From NCBI GenBank assembly GCA_965115955.1, contig OZ220473.1, forward strand, positions 2,389,463 to 2,453,462: DNA of 64,000 nucleotides, read 5' to 3'. Below, piece after piece: positions 58,751-64,000 of the stretch. The notes beneath the pieces are model-generated. The model did not search any database and was not told the origin of the DNA. It saw only the letters and a program-made list of their open reading frames with translations. This stretch comes from Dehalococcoidia bacterium. Lineage in GTDB: Bacteria > Chloroflexota > Dehalococcoidia > Lucifugimonadales > UBA3495. The position numbers were made by a program, and so were the translations under genes. Position 1 is the first letter of the stretch. Each line of letters begins with the position of its first letter.

Positions 58751-60829
58751 ATGGTCACCGAAGCCGCCGTTTGGTCCATATTCCTGCTGCCCTTGGGGTC
58801 TTTCGTCCTGATTGCGCTGGTCATCCGGCCTTTCCTGAATCGCTGGCCGTTGCTGGCCGCCGCCAGCGCCATCGGCTCGCTGATAGCGGCAACTGTTCTC
58901 GCCGCAATTACGCTGAGTTCAGTCATCACCCACCACGAGGTTGTTTTCAATACCTGGGACTGGCTCTCCTTCTCCGGAGCCACAATCCAGATGGGGCTGC
59001 TGGTGGACCCGCTCACCGCGGTTATGCTCACAGTGGTGACATCCATCAGCCTGCTCATCCAGATCTACTCGCTGGGATACATGCGCGGCGATCCGGGATT
59101 CGCCCGGTACTTCGCATATATGTCTCTGTTCACCGCCTCGATGCTGGGGCTGACGCTGTCCAGCAATATCGTGCAGTTATACGCCTTCTGGGAACTGGTA
59201 GGCGTGTCTTCGTACCTGCTGATCGGTTTCTGGCACGAGCGCCCCTCTGCGGCGGCGGCCGCAAAAAAGGCGTTCATCATCACCCGCATCGGGGACGTAG
59301 GTTTCCTGATTGCAATCCTGTATCTCTTCCTGAAGGCTGATGATTTCGCCGCCGCCGGCCTGAACGCCTTCCACATCCCCGATATCTGGCAGGCAGCGCA
59401 GCCGGCAGCCGCCGGGGCGGCGGTGCTTGGCGGGGCCGCGCTGACCTGGACGGCGCTGGGCATCTTCGCCGGGGCGGCGGGCAAATCGGGCCAGTTCCCT
59501 CTCCACGCATGGCTGCCCGATGCCATGGAAGGCCCGACGCCAGTCAGCGCGCTGATCCACGCGGCAACCATGGTCGCCGCGGGCGTGTTCCTGGTTGCCC
59601 GCTTCTTCCCTGTGTTCCAGCAGTCGGACGACGCCATGATGGTCGTTGCCCTGACAGGCGCTTTCACTGCGCTGATGGCCGCCACTATGGGGCTGGTTAT
59701 GAACGACATAAAGCGGGTGATGGCCTATTCCACCGTTAGCCAGTTGGGTTACATGATGGCCGCGCTGGGCCTCGGGGCCTATGCGCCCGCCATCTTCCAC
59801 CTGGTTACGCACGCGGTGTTCAAGGCGCTTCTGTTCCTTGGAGCCGGAAGCGTCAATCACGCTTCCGGCTCCTTCGATATGCGCTATATGGGCGGGTTGC
59901 GGCGTTATATGCCGGCAACCTATCTGCTGGTGGTTATCGCCGCGATGAGCCTTATCGGAATCATTCCCCTGGCAGGGTTCTGGAGCAAGGACGAGATTCT
60001 GCTGGCCGCCTTCAACGGCAACAGCCATTTTGCGGATTGGATCAACATCCTCGTCTTCATCGGGCTTATTGCCGGGGTGTCGCTGACCGCTTTCTACACC
60101 GTCCGAATGGTCATGCTCACCTTCTACGGCGAGTTCCGGGGCGGCGCGGACGCGGAAGACGCAGACCTGAATCCCGCACAGCACGAGAATCCGCCCCTGG
60201 CGACCGCCCATGATTCTGATGACGAAGAAGGCGGTCATCACGGCGGCGCGCACCTGGCAGAGTCGCCGCTGGTAATGGTGGCGCCAATGGCCGTGCTTGG
60301 GGTGGGCGCAGTAACGGCTGGTTTCGTTATTAACCCGCAATGGATCGACTTTCTGGGTGTGCCGGTGCATTGGGTGACCGGTTTCGTGGCTGATGGTCTG
60401 CATATCGCAACCGGCGGCAGTGGTCATGCCGAACTGCCCGATTTCAGTTGGGCTATGGCCGGTGTCTCTACCGCCGCCGCCCTGGGCGGAGCTTTCGCAG
60501 GGCTGGCGGTCTACGGACTGCGCCGCGACCAGGCGCGTGAGCCGCTGCGAATCCTCGGTCCGGTGTATACGCTGCTGTCAGAGAAATACTACGTCGATTA
60601 TCTATACGAAGAACTGATCGTCCGCCGGGGCTTCTACCGGGTGTTCGCCGGAATAGCGAACTGGCTGGACCGGCGGATATTGGACGGGATAGTAGACCTG
60701 ATCGGGTGGTTCTTCCGCAATATAGGCTCGGCGGTGGTCCGGCTTCAAACCGGGCAGGCGCAGGCCTACGCAACGGCGGCGGCGCTGGGGGCGCTGCTGA
60801 TAATTCTCGGCTTTCTGCTGGCATCGTGA
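58751..60829 (+). CDS. nuoL: NADH-quinone oxidoreductase subunit L
   Basis: 692 aa. WELVGVSSYLLIGFW, SGQFPLHAWLPDAMEGPTPVSALIHAATMV. Confidence 0.95.
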   Translation: MVTEAAVWSIFLLPLGSFVLIALVIRPFLNRWPLLAAASAIGSLIAATVLAAITLSSVITHHEVVFNTWDWLSFSGATIQMGLLVDPLTAVMLTVVTSISLLIQIYSLGYMRGDPGFARYFAYMSLFTASMLGLTLSSNIVQLYAFWELVGVSSYLLIGFWHERPSAAAAAKKAFIITRIGDVGFLIAILYLFLKADDFAAAGLNAFHIPDIWQAAQPAAAGAAVLGGAALTWTALGIFAGAAGKSGQFPLHAWLPDAMEGPTPVSALIHAATMVAAGVFLVARFFPVFQQSDDAMMVVALTGAFTALMAATMGLVMNDIKRVMAYSTVSQLGYMMAALGLGAYAPAIFHLVTHAVFKALLFLGAGSVNHASGSFDMRYMGGLRRYMPATYLLVVIAAMSLIGIIPLAGFWSKDEILLAAFNGNSHFADWINILVFIGLIAGVSLTAFYTVRMVMLTFYGEFRGGADAEDADLNPAQHENPPLATAHDSDDEEGGHHGGAHLAESPLVMVAPMAVLGVGAVTAGFVINPQWIDFLGVPVHWVTGFVADGLHIATGGSGHAELPDFSWAMAGVSTAAALGGAFAGLAVYGLRRDQAREPLRILGPVYTLLSEKYYVDYLYEELIVRRGFYRVFAGIANWLDRRILDGIVDLIGWFFRNIGSAVVRLQTGQAQAYATAAALGALLIILGFLLAS

Positions 60830-60865
60830 GCAAGACAGACGCCGCGCGGAAAACAGCGTATTCAG

Positions 60866-62386
60866 ATGGCGACTGAGTTCAACGGACTGCTTACCGCTAC
60901 CGTGTTCCTGCCGGCGGCGGGGGCGCTGCTGCTGCTGCTGCTGCGCAGGGACAAGCTAATCCGCGGCGCGGCCGTGGCAGTGGCCGCGGCAGACCTGGTT
61001 CTGGCGCTGCTGGTTTTCTCCCTGTACGACAGGGGAGACGGCGCAGCGAAGTTCCAGTTCGTTGACCAGTTCGCCTGGATTCCCGACGTTGGTCTGAAGG
61101 CCTCATACCTGCTGGCCGTGGACGGACTCTCGGCGCCGCTGGTGGCGCTGACGGGCCTGCTGGGCCTATGCGCCGTGCTGGCGTCGTGGCATGTCGGCCT
61201 GCGGGTCAAGGAATACTTTTTCTGGCTGCTCATCCTTCAGGCGGCAGTGATGGGAGTGTTCACGTCGCTGGACCTGCTGCTCTTCTTCCTTTTCTGGGAG
61301 CTGGAGCTGGTGCCGATGTATATGCTCATCTCCATCTGGGGGACAGGGCGCAAAGAATACTCGGCGATGAAGTTCCTCATCTTCACCATCCTGGGCAGCG
61401 CGTTCATGCTGGTGGCTATCGTCGCAGTGTTCCTGACGCCCGGGGTTGGCACGTTCAACATAATCGAGCTGTCCGCTCCCGGCGCGGTTCTGGTTTCGGG
61501 CGCGACGCTGCTGCCGCTGGCCTGGCTCTTCTGGCTTTTCTTCGTCGCCTTTGCCGTGAAGCTGCCGACATGGCCGCTGCATACCTGGCTTCCCGACGCC
61601 CACACCGATGCTCCCACCGCCGCCAGCGTGATGTTGGCCGGAGTGCTGCTGAAGATGGGCGGCTACGGATTGCTGCGCATCAACGTGGGGCTGTTCCCCG
61701 GGCAGGCATGGGAGTTCGCCTGGGTGCTGGTGATACTGGGAGTGGTGAGCGTTCTTTACGGCGCAGTGGTGACTATGAGGCAGACCGACCTGAAACGACT
61801 CATCGCCTACTCCAGCGTCAGCCACATGGGGCTGGTGATGCTGGGCATCGGCTCCGTGGGCGCGGCCGGAGGCTCGCTTACCATAACCGGACTTAGCGGC
61901 GCGGCTATGCAGTTGTTCACCCACGGCACCATTACCGGCCTGCTGTTCCTGGCGGTGGGGCTGGTTTATGAGAAAGCGCACACCCGCTACATTCCTGATC
62001 TTGGCGGGCTGGCCGGGAGGATGCCCCTGGTGGCCGCCGCGATGCTGATTGCAGGGCTGGCCTCGCTGGGACTGCCGGGGCTGAGCGGGTTTGTGTCGGA
62101 ACTTCTGGTATTCCTCGGAGCATTCCGGGCCTATGACTGGCCAACGGCGCTGGCGGTAGTCGGCATTATTCTGGCCGCCGGGTACATTCTGTGGATGATG
62201 GAGCGAACCTTCTTCGGCCCGCGCAGAGAGCGGTTCGCAGACCTGACCGATGCCTCGCCGGTGGAAGCGGCGCCGCTGGCCCTGATGGCGGTCTGCATCA
62301 TCGGAGTGGGTGTGTACCCGGCGATTCTCACCGATATGTTTGACTCGGCCCTGGAGCCTATGATCCGGGCCATCAACGGCGGCTGA
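60866..62386 (+). CDS. nuoM: NADH-quinone oxidoreductase subunit M
   Basis: 506 aa. FAVKLPTWPLHTWLPDAHTDAPTAASVMLAGVLLKMGGYG. Confidence 0.95.
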   Translation: MATEFNGLLTATVFLPAAGALLLLLLRRDKLIRGAAVAVAAADLVLALLVFSLYDRGDGAAKFQFVDQFAWIPDVGLKASYLLAVDGLSAPLVALTGLLGLCAVLASWHVGLRVKEYFFWLLILQAAVMGVFTSLDLLLFFLFWELELVPMYMLISIWGTGRKEYSAMKFLIFTILGSAFMLVAIVAVFLTPGVGTFNIIELSAPGAVLVSGATLLPLAWLFWLFFVAFAVKLPTWPLHTWLPDAHTDAPTAASVMLAGVLLKMGGYGLLRINVGLFPGQAWEFAWVLVILGVVSVLYGAVVTMRQTDLKRLIAYSSVSHMGLVMLGIGSVGAAGGSLTITGLSGAAMQLFTHGTITGLLFLAVGLVYEKAHTRYIPDLGGLAGRMPLVAAAMLIAGLASLGLPGLSGFVSELLVFLGAFRAYDWPTALAVVGIILAAGYILWMMERTFFGPRRERFADLTDASPVEAAPLALMAVCIIGVGVYPAILTDMFDSALEPMIRAINGG

Positions 62387-62392
62387 CCGAGA

Positions 62393-63925
62393 ATGAACGC
62401 CCACGATGTGTACGTAGTTTCGCCCTATATTGCCATGGCCGGCGCGGCGATTCTTGTCATCATCTTCGACCTTGTCCTGCCCCGTCGCGCTGGAGGGATG
62501 CTGCCCTACCTGTCGCTCCTGCTTCTGGCCGGCCCCTTCGCGCTCAGTCTGTACCAGTTCTACGATCTGGGCCAGACAGGCAACCTGGTTCGCGGAGAAT
62601 CCTCCGGCTCTCCCAGTATCCTGCTGGGCAGCCTGTCGGTAGACCGATTTGCGCTGTTCTTCAACTTCCTGGTTACCGGGGCGGCGGCGTTGGTGGCGCT
62701 GGCCTCCGCCGACTACGTGCGGCTGATGCCGCGCTACCGGGGCGAGTATTTCGGGCTGCTGCTTTTTTCGGCTGCCGGCATGATGCTGCTTGCCGCCGCA
62801 ACGGAACTGATTACGATCTACGTGGCGCTGGAGCTTACAACGCTTCCATTGGCGGCATTGGCGGCGTTCCTGATGAACGGACGCTCCAGCGAGGCCGGGA
62901 TAAAGTTCCTCATCATTGGCGCTGTCAGCTCGGCCCTGATGCTCTACGGCATGGCCCTGGTGTTCGGCTTCACGGGGAGCACTCAGCTCTCCGACATCTC
63001 CGCTTCCGTTGGAAGGGCGGCGGGGAGCATTGCCTTCGGGAACTATGCTTTGCTGGTGGGCATTGTGCTGCTGGTGGCGGGTTTCGGCTTCAAGATTTCC
63101 GCCGCTCCCTTCCAGATGTGGGTGCCTGATGTATATGAAGGCGCGCCTACGCCTGTGGTCGCGTTTCTGTCTGTGGCCAGCAAGGCCGCCGGCTTCGCCG
63201 TGCTGTTCCGAGTGCTGTTTACCGGGTTCTTCGACGTTTCCCTCGACTGGGCGGTTCTGATGGCCGCTCTGGCTGCTGCGTCCATGACCATCGGCAACCT
63301 GGCGGCCTTCGCCCAGAGCAACATCCGCAGGCTTTTCGGATACAGCACCATCGCCCATGCCGGCTATCTGCTGGTAGGGGTGGCCGCCGGAGTGCAGTCG
63401 GGCCAAACCCTGCCGGACGCGCCGGTGTTCGCGCCCATCGGGCCAGACAGTGTGCTGTTCTACCTTGTGGCTTACACTGCGGCGAACCTGACGGCATTCT
63501 TCGCCATAGCCGCCATCAGCGAGAGGGTGAGCAGCGACCGTATCAATGACTACGCAGGGCTGTTCAGCCGCTCTCCTGCGTTGGCTGTAACGCTGGCGCT
63601 GGCTCTTATTGCCCTCATAGGCGTGCCGCCTACGGGCGTCTTCATCGCCAAGCTGTATGTGTTTACCGCCGCGGTAGACAGCGGGCTGGCGTGGCTGGCG
63701 ATAGTAGGAGTGGTCAATAGCGCGGTCTCGGCCTACTATTACATCCGGATTATCCGGGTAATGTTCCTACAGCAGGCGCCGGTCACATCCGGGGCTCCCC
63801 CATCGCGGAACCCTGCGCCGTGGGCCGCGCTGGCGCTGGCGTCGGCGGCGCTGCTTTTCCTGGGGGTGGCGCCCGGCTTCGTTATGGAGGCGGCCGGCGG
63901 AGCGGTGCGGGCGCTGGGAGTATAA
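62393..63925 (+). CDS. nuoN: NADH-quinone oxidoreductase subunit N
   Basis: 510 aa. GFKISAAPFQMWVPDVYEGAPTPVVAFLSVASKAAGF. Confidence 0.95.
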   Translation: MNAHDVYVVSPYIAMAGAAILVIIFDLVLPRRAGGMLPYLSLLLLAGPFALSLYQFYDLGQTGNLVRGESSGSPSILLGSLSVDRFALFFNFLVTGAAALVALASADYVRLMPRYRGEYFGLLLFSAAGMMLLAAATELITIYVALELTTLPLAALAAFLMNGRSSEAGIKFLIIGAVSSALMLYGMALVFGFTGSTQLSDISASVGRAAGSIAFGNYALLVGIVLLVAGFGFKISAAPFQMWVPDVYEGAPTPVVAFLSVASKAAGFAVLFRVLFTGFFDVSLDWAVLMAALAAASMTIGNLAAFAQSNIRRLFGYSTIAHAGYLLVGVAAGVQSGQTLPDAPVFAPIGPDSVLFYLVAYTAANLTAFFAIAAISERVSSDRINDYAGLFSRSPALAVTLALALIALIGVPPTGVFIAKLYVFTAAVDSGLAWLAIVGVVNSAVSAYYYIRIIRVMFLQQAPVTSGAPPSRNPAPWAALALASAALLFLGVAPGFVMEAAGGAVRALGV

Positions 63926-64000
63926 CCCGGCCTGGGAGTGTAACCCGGATCCTACTCGCAATAGGCGCCGTGCTATTATCAGTTGCCCGCCTGCGCTCGA

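Noticed and set aside
51784-63406. Large antisense ORFs opposite the CoA-transferase and nuo genes (51784-53043, 54511-55680, 57309-58418, 59177-60427, 61166-63406)
   Set aside because: The sense-strand genes carry unmistakable Nuo and CaiB motifs. The antisense products are Arg/Gly/His-rich with no family resemblance.

Overview
High-GC (roughly 60-65%), gene-dense bacterial chromosomal window. A Chloroflexi-like origin is only a guess from gene content. The housekeeping backbone contains recX-recA, plsY, trpS, hspR-grpE-dnaK, selD, moaA/moaC, rnhA, rdgB, two family-III CoA-transferases and an 11-gene nuoABCDHIJKLMN operon with no nuoEFG between nuoD and nuoH. The outstanding feature is a roughly 15 kb locus (14.1-20.1 kb on the minus strand, 24.5-33.0 kb on the plus strand) holding six paralogous genes for modular secreted proteins. 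All six share a near-identical promoter, leader and signal-peptide 5' end and a near-identical C-terminal domain plus GC-hairpin 3' end. Their middles differ and are built from FN3-like or other beta-rich modules and Pro/Thr-rich tandem repeats. Each of the six leaders carries a 15-19 nt homopolymeric C tract. Its length decides whether a strongly SD-preceded upstream ATG is fused in frame to the signal peptide, which is a classic slipped-strand phase-variation signature. The two triplets of genes are mirror-arranged around hspR-grpE-dnaK. A diverged seventh carrier of the C-terminal domain is the lipoprotein at 8492-9019. The ORF track also missed two UGA-recoded selenoprotein genes. One is selD itself, with Sec at codon 17 and a SECIS-like hairpin. 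The other is a glutaredoxin-like gene ending in U-x-x-stop. Other items are a Septu-like ATPase+HNH defence pair, an oligopeptide-type ABC locus whose binding-protein gene carries an in-frame TAG and which has no ATPase genes in this window, a decayed FN3 gene relic, and one tRNA(CAT). No rRNA, CRISPR array, transposase or integrase was recognised. All calls come from reading the sequence and ORF track by eye. No database search was run.
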